A DNA stretch of 59,674 nt, the filler included. It is 5 parts of 5 records of this genome, joined end to end, with 100 filler letters (N's around TTAATTAATTAA, not from the genome) between each part and the next. Parts side by side here need not be neighbours in the genome. Positions count along the whole stretch, not along the records: positions 43,623 to 53,927 come from DRR723986_2939; positions 54,028 to 59,674 come from DRR723986_2943; 3 more parts are not named here. One strand, 5' to 3'. Under the pieces are notes generated by a model. The model saw only the letters and a program-made list of their open reading frames with translations. It was not told the DNA's origin and made no database searches. The translations under genes were made by a program, and so were the position numbers. Every line of letters starts with the position of its first letter. The stretch's first letter is position 1. Of the stretch, positions 47,597 to 56,593 are shown in pieces.

Positions 47597-48646
47597 ATGA
47601 CAATGCGCATTCTGGGCGCTCCACTGCGCTATGTGCAGGGACCGGGAGCCATCGACCGCCTGGCCGAGGAAATTGCCATCATTGGCGGTGGCCCTGCGGC
47701 GGTGGTCATTGATCCGGTAGCCCGCGACCTGCTTGGTGACCGCATCAGCTCCCAGCTTCCCGACGCCCGCCTCATGGAATTCGGGGGGGAATGTACCGCA
47801 GCGGAAATCACCTCCAGGGCAACGGAAGCCGGCGATGCCCGGCTTCTTGTCGGCATCGGAGGGGGCAAGGCGATCGATACCGCCAAGGGAGCTGCAATCG
47901 AACGCGGTCTGCCGGTTGCCATCGTGCCGACCATCGCCTCAAACGACAGCCCGACCAGCCATATTGCCGTTGTCTATACGCCGGACCATGCGGTTGAGGG
48001 CGTCCGTCACATGAAGACCAACCCCTCCCTTGTCCTGGTCGACACGGCTGTCATCGCCGGAGCACCACGTCGCTTTCTGGCGGCCGGTATCGGCGATGCG
48101 ATGTCAAAGCCGTATGAGCTGGCAGGTGCACTTGCCGGAGGTGGTCTCAACTTCTTTGCAGGCCGTCCCACGGAACTCACCAAGGCCATTGTCGCGCGTG
48201 CCAGCGACATTCTGCTTGCAGATAGCGAAGCGGCGATGTCGGCCGAAGGCCCGAATGAAGCTTTCGAGCGCGTGGTGGAGGCCACCGTGCTTCTCAGCGG
48301 CCTTGCCTTTGAAAGCGGAGGGTTGTCGATAGCCCACGCGATGGTGCGCGGCCTGTCGGTCACACCGGCGCTCTCTGGGTTGCTGCACGGGGAGATGGTC
48401 GCTCTCGGCACCTTGACACAACTGGCTGCCGGGCAAGGGTCCGAGGAGGAAATCCGCACACTTGCAGCCTTCTTCCGACGGATAAATCTGCCCACATCCT
48501 TCGCAGAATTCGGCGTCACTGGCGCAGCAGAACTGAACCATATTGCGGAGGTTGCGCTCACAGCCCCCTATGCGCCGAACTACTACCGCAAACTCGGCGT
48601 CTCCGACCTCGTTCAAGCGATGCAACTGCTCGACGAAGGACATTGA
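47597..48646 (+). CDS. Glycerol dehydrogenase-like metal-dependent polyol dehydrogenase
   Basis: YVQGPGA, GIGGGKAIDTAK, PTIASNDSPTS and metal ligands GIGD, AHA, HGE. Confidence 0.88.
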   Translation: MTMRILGAPLRYVQGPGAIDRLAEEIAIIGGGPAAVVIDPVARDLLGDRISSQLPDARLMEFGGECTAAEITSRATEAGDARLLVGIGGGKAIDTAKGAAIERGLPVAIVPTIASNDSPTSHIAVVYTPDHAVEGVRHMKTNPSLVLVDTAVIAGAPRRFLAAGIGDAMSKPYELAGALAGGGLNFFAGRPTELTKAIVARASDILLADSEAAMSAEGPNEAFERVVEATVLLSGLAFESGGLSIAHAMVRGLSVTPALSGLLHGEMVALGTLTQLAAGQGSEEEIRTLAAFFRRINLPTSFAEFGVTGAAELNHIAEVALTAPYAPNYYRKLGVSDLVQAMQLLDEGH

Positions 48647-48649
48647 TCG

Positions 48650-49348
48650 ATGCCGCCATCAAGAAATGTTGTGGTCACCGGCGGAGGTACAGGTATCGGT
48701 CTTGCGACAACGCAGCTTTTGACCGAACGCGGCTGGCAGGTAACAGCCGCAGGCCTGGAACGGGAGGAAGGCTTTCCGCAAGCTGCCCGGTTTGTCGAGG
48801 TTGACGTTACTGATGAGGCCGCGCTTTCTCATCTGCTTGAAGAAGAGCAAGAGCTCGGCGGCCTGGTCACCTGTGCGGGCACGATCCAGTACAGCCGGGA
48901 ATGGAACGCAGCGGTATTCGAGAAGGTGATGGCGGTGAATGTCACCGGCGTGCTCACCTCCTGTACAGCCGCGCGCGATGCGCTTCAACGCGGCAACGGT
49001 TCCGTCGTCAACATCGCCTCCATGTGGAGCTGGTTCGGCAACCCCGTTGCGCCTGCTTACGGCACCAGCAAGGGGGCAGTCGCTGCCCTCACCCGATCCC
49101 TTGCCGTTGCCTGGGGAGGAACCGGTATAAGGGTCAACGCGGTCGCACCGGGTTGGGTGGAAACACGCATTTCCGAAGGCGCGCGATCAGACCCGGCACG
49201 GCGTGCACGGATCGACGCCCGCATCCCGATCGGCCGTTGGGCCGCGACTGTGGAGATTGCGCGGGTTGTCGCGTTCCTTCTTTCTGAAGACGCTTCCTAC
49301 GTTCACGGCGCGATCGTTCCGGTAGACGGTGGCTATCTGGCGGCGTGA
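48650..49348 (+). CDS. Short-chain dehydrogenase/reductase
   Basis: TGGGTGIG, NIASM, YGTSK, VNAVAPG. Confidence 0.93.
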   Translation: MPPSRNVVVTGGGTGIGLATTQLLTERGWQVTAAGLEREEGFPQAARFVEVDVTDEAALSHLLEEEQELGGLVTCAGTIQYSREWNAAVFEKVMAVNVTGVLTSCTAARDALQRGNGSVVNIASMWSWFGNPVAPAYGTSKGAVAALTRSLAVAWGGTGIRVNAVAPGWVETRISEGARSDPARRARIDARIPIGRWAATVEIARVVAFLLSEDASYVHGAIVPVDGGYLAA

Positions 49349-49392
49349 ACCATGCAAGGTATTGCGTCGCTGCGGCATGCCTAAAACGCCGA

Positions 49393-49435
49393 AAGGCGTT
49401 GCCGGGTTCTGTTCTTCCAAACCCGGCAACGCCTT
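49393..49435. terminator. 16-bp perfect inverted repeat between convergent operons
   Basis: AAGGCGTTGCCGGGTT, 11-nt loop, AACCCGGCAACGCCTT. Confidence 0.6.
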
Positions 49436-49463
49436 CTGATTTTAAGGTCACGCGACAGCCGCT

Positions 49464-50789
49464 TTAGAGTACGCGTTCTTCCCGGAACGCTCGTCCGAAG
49501 GACTGCAGCACAGGATCCAGCAGATAGCGCATCGGCGTATGGGCTCCTGTTTGAATAAAGACCTGCGCGGGCATGCCTGGCACCAGCTCAAAACCGCCTC
49601 CGGCCTCCCGGATGTCGTCGGACGTAACCCTGACACGTACCGTGTAGTATTGCTCTCCTGTCTGCTCGTCCGTTTCGGCGTCCGCACCAACCTGGAAGAC
49701 TTCCCCTGTCAAGGGCTTCATGTGCCGCCCCATGAAGGAGGTGAGCTGAACTTTGGCGTCCATCCCGATCATCACGTTGTCGATGTCGGACGTACGCAGG
49801 CGCGTATCGAGGATGAGTTCCTCGTTCTCAGGCACGATCGTGATGATCGGTTCGCCCGGTCGCACGACACCGCCGACCGTCTTGTAGTTGACCTTGAGCA
49901 CCCGCCCCTCGATCGGAGAGACGATCTCTGTGCGGTTCAGGATGTCCGAAGTCGCGGAAAGCGCCTCGTCGGCTTGCGCAATCTCCGCGTTGATTTCCGA
50001 CAACTCCTTGGCCACCTTTTCGCGTTCTTCGCTGAGGGCCGTCAGTTCCGCGATCTTGATTTCCTCGATCTTCTGCCGCGCACGAGCGATCGTTGACCCG
50101 ATGGCATTGCGCTCCGACCACAGTTCGGCTCGCTTGCGTTGCAGAGCCAGGAGTTCAGGCTGCCGCATCAGACCTTTGTCCATCAGGACCTTTTTGCTAT
50201 CCAGCTCCTTGTCGAGCAGCAGGATCTGATCATCCATGCCGTCTATCTGGGCTTTCAGACTGCTGATCTCGGCTTCGACCTGGCCTGCCTGCACATGATA
50301 GGTCGACTGCTGCCTTCCCAGCAGTTCGCGCCGGACCTTGAATTTTGTAATCTCGTTGGCAACGAACTGCGTGTAACTTTTGTCGGCCGACATGACCGAC
50401 GGCATCTGGACCTCAAAGGTTTCATCGCCACGCTCTTGCGCCAGCAACCGGTCTCTGGTCACCACATAGCGTTGGTGCTTGCGGTAGATCGACAGATAGT
50501 TCGCCGTTGCCAATGCCTGGTCAAGAACCATGAGAAGCTGACCGTCCTTGACGACATCGCCCTCCTTGACATTGAGATGGCGTACAATTCCGCCTTCCAG
50601 ATGCTGCACCACGCGCAAGCTTCCGTCCGGACTGACCTTGCCGGCGGCGATGGCGGCTGAAGACAGCTCCGCGAAACTTGCCCAAATTCCCGTGCCGAAG
50701 AAACAAACCGCGACGACCAACGAACCCATGATCCAGTGTTGCCGGATGGAGCGACGGAGGGACGACGCCGGGTTATTTTGTTCTTTCAT
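49464..50789 (-). CDS. Type I secretion membrane fusion protein (HlyD/PrtE family)
   Basis: VQHLEGGIV, long coiled coil, IVSPIEG, GGVVRPGEPI, LVPGMPA, AFREE. Confidence 0.93.
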   Translation of the reverse strand: MKEQNNPASSLRRSIRQHWIMGSLVVAVCFFGTGIWASFAELSSAAIAAGKVSPDGSLRVVQHLEGGIVRHLNVKEGDVVKDGQLLMVLDQALATANYLSIYRKHQRYVVTRDRLLAQERGDETFEVQMPSVMSADKSYTQFVANEITKFKVRRELLGRQQSTYHVQAGQVEAEISSLKAQIDGMDDQILLLDKELDSKKVLMDKGLMRQPELLALQRKRAELWSERNAIGSTIARARQKIEEIKIAELTALSEEREKVAKELSEINAEIAQADEALSATSDILNRTEIVSPIEGRVLKVNYKTVGGVVRPGEPIITIVPENEELILDTRLRTSDIDNVMIGMDAKVQLTSFMGRHMKPLTGEVFQVGADAETDEQTGEQYYTVRVRVTSDDIREAGGGFELVPGMPAQVFIQTGAHTPMRYLLDPVLQSFGRAFREERVL

Positions 50790-52561
50790 CACTGACCTCC
50801 CTGAGTTTCGTTGGCCGGCGAAGCGCCTTTCGCTTGCGCCGGCTGGACCTTGCCAAGTTTCTGCAGGATATCGCTGACCGGGCGGATGGCGTGCTTCATG
50901 AACTCCTCGCCGGTTTGCGTCTTTTGAATCGTGCCGTCCGCAAGGGTGATGATCAAATCGACTTTCGAGAGCGCAGAGGGTCTGTGGCTTACAATGATGA
51001 CCGTGCAGCCTTGTTCCCGAAGGAGCACAAGGCACTCCTGAAGCGAGGCTTCGCCATCACTGTCCAGGTTGGAATTCGGTTCATCGAGGATGATCAGCTT
51101 GGGCTTGTTGTAGATCGCCCTGGCCAGCCCAACGCGTTGGGCCTGTCCGCCGGACAGACGAAGTCCGCCCGGGCCGATCAGGGTTTCATAGCCGTTCGGC
51201 AGAGCGTTGATCATGTCGTGGCAACCGGCAAGGCGCGCGGCAGTCACAACCTTTTCATCATCCGGCTCGCCCATCCGGGCGATGTTTTCCTTCACAGTGC
51301 CGTATAGCAATTCCACGGACTGCGACAGGTAGCCAATGTTCCGGCCGAGTTGCTGCGGGTCCCAATTGCGCATGGCGACACCGTCAAGACGGACCGAACC
51401 GGAACTCGGATCCATTGCGCCAATCAACAATTTGCACAAGGTGCTCTTGCCGGAGCCGGAATGGCCGACGATTGCATTCAGGGTTGCCGGCTTGATATCG
51501 ATCGTGATGTTGCGCAGCAAAGGCCGTTCCTGGCCTGAAACGAGCAGATTGACACCTTTGAGCTGCAGGTGCCCGCTGGGTTCCGGCTGCTGGGTCCGGT
51601 CGAAGTGGAGTGGAGCTGCCAGAAAAATATCGTTCAGCCGACGATGGGACTGCATCGCACCGACGATGCCCCGCCAGGCGCCGATGGCCTGTTCGGCAGG
51701 CGCAAGCGCGCGCCCCATGATGATTGACGCTGCAATCATGCCACCCGGGGTGATTTCACCCAGCGTGGCAAAATAGGCCCCGAGACCAAGGACACTGATC
51801 TGCGCCGTGAACCGGATGAACTTGGTGATCGCGGCGGTCTTCGCTGAAAAAGCGGCCACGGCGAAAGTCGAATTGGCCACCAGTTCGTTGTCGTTCCGGT
51901 AGCGGGCGAGAACGCCAGGCAGCATTCCCATGCTGTAGACGCTTTCCGCGTGTTGCGTCGCGATGTCAATCGTCTGCTGTGCCCGCACACGAGCCGCAGC
52001 AGCACCCGCCATCCGGCGGCGGGTAACCGTGTCGTTGATACCTGCGATTATCACCAAGAGCACACCAGCCGCGATGGCGACGAAGCCGAGGGCAGGGTGG
52101 ATGAGAATAATGGCACCGACAAAGAAGGGCACCCAGGGCCCATCGAAGAAAGGTAGTACGCTCGAACTGCCAACGAACTGGCGGATGGTTGCCAGGTCGT
52201 TCATTGCATGCGAGTGGGACTTGCCCGTCGACCTGGCCGTCTGGATGACGGCATGCAGCAGGTCGGCATGTACTGTTTCGTCCCACCATTTCGCTATGCT
52301 TGCGAGGATGGAGCCGCGGATTGCATCAAGAACCGCAATCACAGCCAGAAAAAAAATCACGATCATCGTCAGGAAGACAAGTGTCTCGAGGTGGCCGCTC
52401 TGCATCACCCGGTCGAAGATCTGCTGCATGTAGAGGGGTGAGGCCAGAGTTCCGAGATTGACAAAGATCGAAAAGAAACCAACGGCAAGAAACCCGGCCC
52501 AGGAAGAGCGATAAACCTTGAGAGCGGGATAAACGCTTTCCCTTGCGCTGCGTACAGCCAT
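50789..52561 (-). CDS. Type I secretion ABC transporter (PrtD family, no C39 domain)
   Basis: PLYMQQIFDRV, FDGPW, GHSGSGKS, LSGGQ, LDEPNSNLD. Confidence 0.93.
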   Translation of the reverse strand: MAVRSARESVYPALKVYRSSWAGFLAVGFFSIFVNLGTLASPLYMQQIFDRVMQSGHLETLVFLTMIVIFFLAVIAVLDAIRGSILASIAKWWDETVHADLLHAVIQTARSTGKSHSHAMNDLATIRQFVGSSSVLPFFDGPWVPFFVGAIILIHPALGFVAIAAGVLLVIIAGINDTVTRRRMAGAAAARVRAQQTIDIATQHAESVYSMGMLPGVLARYRNDNELVANSTFAVAAFSAKTAAITKFIRFTAQISVLGLGAYFATLGEITPGGMIAASIIMGRALAPAEQAIGAWRGIVGAMQSHRRLNDIFLAAPLHFDRTQQPEPSGHLQLKGVNLLVSGQERPLLRNITIDIKPATLNAIVGHSGSGKSTLCKLLIGAMDPSSGSVRLDGVAMRNWDPQQLGRNIGYLSQSVELLYGTVKENIARMGEPDDEKVVTAARLAGCHDMINALPNGYETLIGPGGLRLSGGQAQRVGLARAIYNKPKLIILDEPNSNLDSDGEASLQECLVLLREQGCTVIIVSHRPSALSKVDLIITLADGTIQKTQTGEEFMKHAIRPVSDILQKLGKVQPAQAKGASPANETQGGQ

Positions 52562-52596
52562 GTAGACTCTCCAAAAAAAACATAAAAAAGAAGAGA

Positions 52597-52620
52597 GGAG
52601 AGGGCGCGTGCGCCCTCTCC
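52597..52620 (-). terminator. Hairpin with U-rich tail between T1SS substrate and transporter genes
   Basis: GGAGAGGGCGC-GT-GCGCCCTCTCC, followed on the minus strand by TCTCTTCTTTTTT. Confidence 0.6.
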
Positions 52621-52633
52621 AGAAGTTTCATGA

Positions 52634-53926
52634 TCAGACGACCAGCGGACCGTCGCCGTCTCCGTCAAATGTCGGGATAAGCATTTCAGGGATGTCGCCC
52701 GCACCGTCCGCGGTGGTCCAGTCGTCACCGCCGAAGGTGTTGGTCTTGTCCGGATCTACCGACAGTTCGATATCGAACTCGGCGGAGTTGGAGACCGCAT
52801 CATGGACATCCACGACAGTCATGGTACCCGAGATGTTGGCGGTTTCGCCCTGATCCATTACCTGGGCCATAATGCGTTCCAGGTTATGGGTGAAGGTTAC
52901 GCTGCCGTCGGCTTCACCGATGTTCAAAAGCCCTGCGGCTTCCAGATCGGCGATATCCAGCGTCACCTGATGACCCGCGATGGACAGGCTGAGAGTACCC
53001 GAGATCTCATCGATCTGGAGCGTTTCCGTTTCACCATCATCAACGTCGTTGGCAGCCAGAAGCTCAAGAAGATTGAAGCTGCTTTCGTCGTTGTTGGAGT
53101 TGCTGTGAACAACAGTGAACGAACCCGTGTAGTCTTCAATTGTCGGGGCATCGTTCGTGCCGTTGATGGTGATGGTCACGTCGGTGGTGACAGTGCCGCC
53201 GTTGTTGTCGGATACGGTTACCGTATAGATTTCTTCGACGCTGTCGCCTTCGTTGAGGGCCTGAACATTGGCGTTGAACTGGTCAATGGTATAGGTCCAT
53301 TCACCGGTATCCTCATCGATGCTGAATTGACCCAGTGCCCCGTCGACGACAGAGGCGGAGTAGGTCAGGACATCCCGAATATCGACGTCCATGCCGACGA
53401 TCAGGCCAGTGGCAACGTCTGTACCGTCCTCCCCGACACCGGATTCCGTCACCTCGCCCAGGATATCCGCATCGGAGATCGTGGGATCGTCGTTGGTGCC
53501 GGTCACGACGACCGTCACTTCCCGCGTGTCCGTCGCTCCGCTATCGTCCGTCACGGTCAGGAGGTACTTGACTTCCAGTTGTTCGCCTTGGGCGAGGAAG
53601 TCGAGTGCCGTTGCGGCGATTGCAAAGGTCCAGGTGGCGCCTCCGTTGTTGGCGTTACCGGCCGATTGCTGCACCGTCAGCGCATTCGTGAAGGCAACCT
53701 TCTGTTCCGGCGTCAGCGTGAAACCACTGCCTGCGACTGGTTCGACAGAGGTGAACTGAGCGGTCACTTCCGGCGTGTCGGACAGGTCGAGGTCGGTGAA
53801 GAAGACCTCACCGGATGTTTCAAGCAGTGACGGGGTATTGGCTTCCTCGAGAACGCCATCGAAGACACCTTCAGAGAACATCGGTCCATCATTGGTACCG
53901 GTGATCGTGATGGTGATCTGGGTGGT
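52634..53926 (-). CDS. VCBS/cadherin-like repeat protein, probable T1SS-secreted adhesin, 5'-truncated
   Basis: The frame is open to the contig end. Repeats end ITITGTNDGP, VVVTGTNDDP and ITINGTNDAP, with G.WTY/F and L..G motifs. Acidic, and adjacent to PrtD/HlyD. Confidence 0.88.
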   Translation of the reverse strand, partial: TTQITITITGTNDGPMFSEGVFDGVLEEANTPSLLETSGEVFFTDLDLSDTPEVTAQFTSVEPVAGSGFTLTPEQKVAFTNALTVQQSAGNANNGGATWTFAIAATALDFLAQGEQLEVKYLLTVTDDSGATDTREVTVVVTGTNDDPTISDADILGEVTESGVGEDGTDVATGLIVGMDVDIRDVLTYSASVVDGALGQFSIDEDTGEWTYTIDQFNANVQALNEGDSVEEIYTVTVSDNNGGTVTTDVTITINGTNDAPTIEDYTGSFTVVHSNSNNDESSFNLLELLAANDVDDGETETLQIDEISGTLSLSIAGHQVTLDIADLEAAGLLNIGEADGSVTFTHNLERIMAQVMDQGETANISGTMTVVDVHDAVSNSAEFDIELSVDPDKTNTFGGDDWTTADGAGDIPEMLIPTFDGDGDGPLVV

Positions 53927-53927
53927 G

Positions 53928-54027
53928 NNNNNNNNNNNNNNNNNNNNNNNNNNNNNNNNNNNNNNNNNNNNTTAATTAATTAANNNNNNNNNNNNNNNNN
54001 NNNNNNNNNNNNNNNNNNNNNNNNNNN
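53928..54027. other. Artificial contig spacer
   Basis: 44 N + TTAATTAATTAA + 44 N. Confidence 0.99.
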
Positions 54028-54028
54028 C

Positions 54029-55141
54029 TTTATTGTGATGGATGTGATGGAGGCCGCACGCCGTGCCGAAGAGGGCGGTCGCCGGATTATTCACATGGAA
54101 GTTGGGCAACCCGGAACGGGGGCACCCAAGGGCGCGGTTGATGCGTTGACGCGATCTTTGCAGCAAGATGCACTGGGCTATACCGTTGCGTTGGGTTTGC
54201 CGGAATTGCGCCAGCGGATCGCGCGGTTATATGGCGAATGGTACAACGTTGATCTGAACCCGGAGCGGGTGGTTGTGACGCCCGGATCAAGTGGCGGATT
54301 TTTGCTGGCATTCACCTCTTTGTTCGATACCGGGGACCGTGTGGGCATCGGCGCGCCGGGATATCCGTCGTATCGACAGATTCTGAGCGCGCTGGATCTG
54401 GTTCCTGTGGATATTCAGACAGCCCCCGAGAATCGTTTGCAACCCGTACCAGCCGATTTCGCGGATCTGGATTTGGCGGGCTTGATGGTTGCGTCGCCGG
54501 CGAACCCGACCGGAACCATGTTGGATCACGCGGCGATGGGCGCGTTGATTGATGCAACGCAGGCGCAGAATGCAGCCTTTATCAGCGATGAAATTTACCA
54601 TGGCATCGAATACGAGGCCAAAGCCGTGACCGCGCTGGAATTGACGGATGATTGCTATGTCATCAATTCCTTTTCCAAGTACTTTTCGATGACAGGCTGG
54701 CGCGTGGGCTGGATGGTGGTTCCCGAAGACCATGTTCGGGTGATCGAACGCATCGCGCAGAATATGTTTATCTGCGCGCCCCATGCGAGTCAGGTTGCTG
54801 CTTTGGCAGCGATGGAGTGCGAAGAGGAGCTGCAGGGCAATCTGGATGTCTATAAGGCGAACCGGGCCTTGATGTTGGAAGGGTTGCCAAAGGCGGGGTT
54901 TACAAAGATTGCACCGCCCGACGGCGCGTTTTACATTTATGCAGATGTAAGTGACCTGACCAATGACAGTCGGGCCTTTGCCGCAGAGATATTGGAAAAA
55001 GCAGGTGTTGCGGTGACACCGGGTTTGGATTTCGACGCCGTGCGCGGGGCAGGGACGCTACGCTTTTCTTACGCACGCGCAACCGAGGATATCCAAGAAG
55101 GTTTGGCGCGACTTGCGACGTTTATGGCGGCACGCGGCTAG
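54029..55141 (+). CDS. PLP-dependent aminotransferase class I/II, slightly 5'-truncated
   Basis: FIVMDVM, MEVGQP, SPANPTG, SDEIYH, NSFSKYFSMTGWRVGW. Confidence 0.93.
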   Translation, partial: FIVMDVMEAARRAEEGGRRIIHMEVGQPGTGAPKGAVDALTRSLQQDALGYTVALGLPELRQRIARLYGEWYNVDLNPERVVVTPGSSGGFLLAFTSLFDTGDRVGIGAPGYPSYRQILSALDLVPVDIQTAPENRLQPVPADFADLDLAGLMVASPANPTGTMLDHAAMGALIDATQAQNAAFISDEIYHGIEYEAKAVTALELTDDCYVINSFSKYFSMTGWRVGWMVVPEDHVRVIERIAQNMFICAPHASQVAALAAMECEEELQGNLDVYKANRALMLEGLPKAGFTKIAPPDGAFYIYADVSDLTNDSRAFAAEILEKAGVAVTPGLDFDAVRGAGTLRFSYARATEDIQEGLARLATFMAARG

Positions 55142-55202
55142 GGCGTTTCCAAAGGCGGGCGCAGGCGTTAGAACGTTTGAAAACGACAAGGGCCAAAGGT
55201 TT

Positions 55203-56423
55203 ATGAACAGATTTCTTTCGGCATTGTTGGTGGGCTGTGTCTTGTCAGCCCCTGCCTGGGCGCAGGAATTCAGCGGCTTGGCCCGTATTGATCCGGCGCA
55301 GAGCCAGATCACGGATGCGCGCGCTGACAAGGTGCAGATTGATCTGTCACTGAGCCAGGGGGTGCCTTTTCGGTTGTTCACTCTAGCCGGGCCACCGCGC
55401 CTTGTGCTCGACTTTCAGGAGGTGGACTGGACGGGTTTACAGTCCAGCGAATTGGTGCAGACACAAGCGATCAAGCAGGCGCAATTTGGCACCTATGTCC
55501 CGGGATGGTCCCGCATGGTGCTGGATCTGGAGAGCCCAATGGCGGTCCAGCAAGCGGAGCTGTCGGTTGACGATGTGACCGGCGGCGCGCGTCTTGTGGT
55601 GGAGCTAAAGCCAGTGAGCCAAAAGGTTTTCGAGGCGCAGGCAGGGCCCCCGAACGATCCGCGTTGGGATTTGCCGGTTCCTGAAGAGATCACAGCGCTA
55701 GACCCTAAGGACCCAGATGCGCCGCTCAGGGTGGTCTTGGACCCAGGGCACGGGGGGATCGATCCGGGTGCCGAGGCGGGGCGCATTGATGAAAAACACC
55801 TGATGCTCACCTTTGCGCGTGAGTTGCGCGAGCTGTTGCTGAGATCAGATGGGTTCGAGGTTACTCTGACGCGCGACTCTGACTATTTTGTTTCGCTGGA
55901 ACGCCGTATTTCACTGGCGCATCAAGCGGGCGCAGATGTGTTTATTTCACTCCATGCGGATTCGCTGGCCGAAGGATTGGCGCATGGTGCGACGGTTCAC
56001 GTACTTTCAAAAGACGCGTCGGATGTTGCCAGCGCTAAGCTGGCGGAACGGCATGACCGGGGTGATTTGCTGTCGGGTGTGGACCTGAGCAAAGCGGATG
56101 ATCAGGTCACCGATATCTTGTTGGATTTGGCGCGACAGGAAACGCAGCCACGTACCTATAGCTTGGCACAGGCCTTGGTGGATGGGATGAGACAGCAAGG
56201 TGGGCCGATGAATCGCCGCCCGCTCAGGTCGGCGGCGTTTTCCGTGTTGAAAGCCGCTGATATCCCATCGGTTTTGATTGAAATCGGGTTCATGTCCAGC
56301 CCGCGCGATTTGAAAAATCTACAAAATCCCAACTGGCGGGCAAGCATGGCACAGGGCATTCGAAATGGTCTGCAAAACTGGCGTCGTACGGATCTGGAGA
56401 AAAAGGCCCTAGTGCGGCAGTAA
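55203..56423 (+). CDS. amiC: N-acetylmuramoyl-L-alanine amidase (AMIN + Amidase_3)
   Basis: Signal peptide, PPRLVLD, DPGHGGIDPG, SLHAD, LIEIGF. Confidence 0.9.
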   Translation: MNRFLSALLVGCVLSAPAWAQEFSGLARIDPAQSQITDARADKVQIDLSLSQGVPFRLFTLAGPPRLVLDFQEVDWTGLQSSELVQTQAIKQAQFGTYVPGWSRMVLDLESPMAVQQAELSVDDVTGGARLVVELKPVSQKVFEAQAGPPNDPRWDLPVPEEITALDPKDPDAPLRVVLDPGHGGIDPGAEAGRIDEKHLMLTFARELRELLLRSDGFEVTLTRDSDYFVSLERRISLAHQAGADVFISLHADSLAEGLAHGATVHVLSKDASDVASAKLAERHDRGDLLSGVDLSKADDQVTDILLDLARQETQPRTYSLAQALVDGMRQQGGPMNRRPLRSAAFSVLKAADIPSVLIEIGFMSSPRDLKNLQNPNWRASMAQGIRNGLQNWRRTDLEKKALVRQ

Positions 56424-56536
56424 GGTAATCTGGCCAGAGTGGCTGGTGTGACACCAATATTCACGACATCAGAGCAAAAAATACGTTATGTTGCGAAAAA
56501 TATTGCGGTTTGAGCGCGCATTCGCCACCTGACATT

Positions 56537-56565
56537 TTGACCCTTGCGGGTCGGATGCCTATATA
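56537..56565 (+). promoter_or_regulatory. Putative sigma70 promoter of PBP1A
   Basis: TTGACC, 17-nt spacer, TATATA (GCCTATA context typical of alphaproteobacteria). Confidence 0.6.
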
Positions 56566-56593
56566 GACGGCACCGCGGAAAAAAGGCAGCAAC

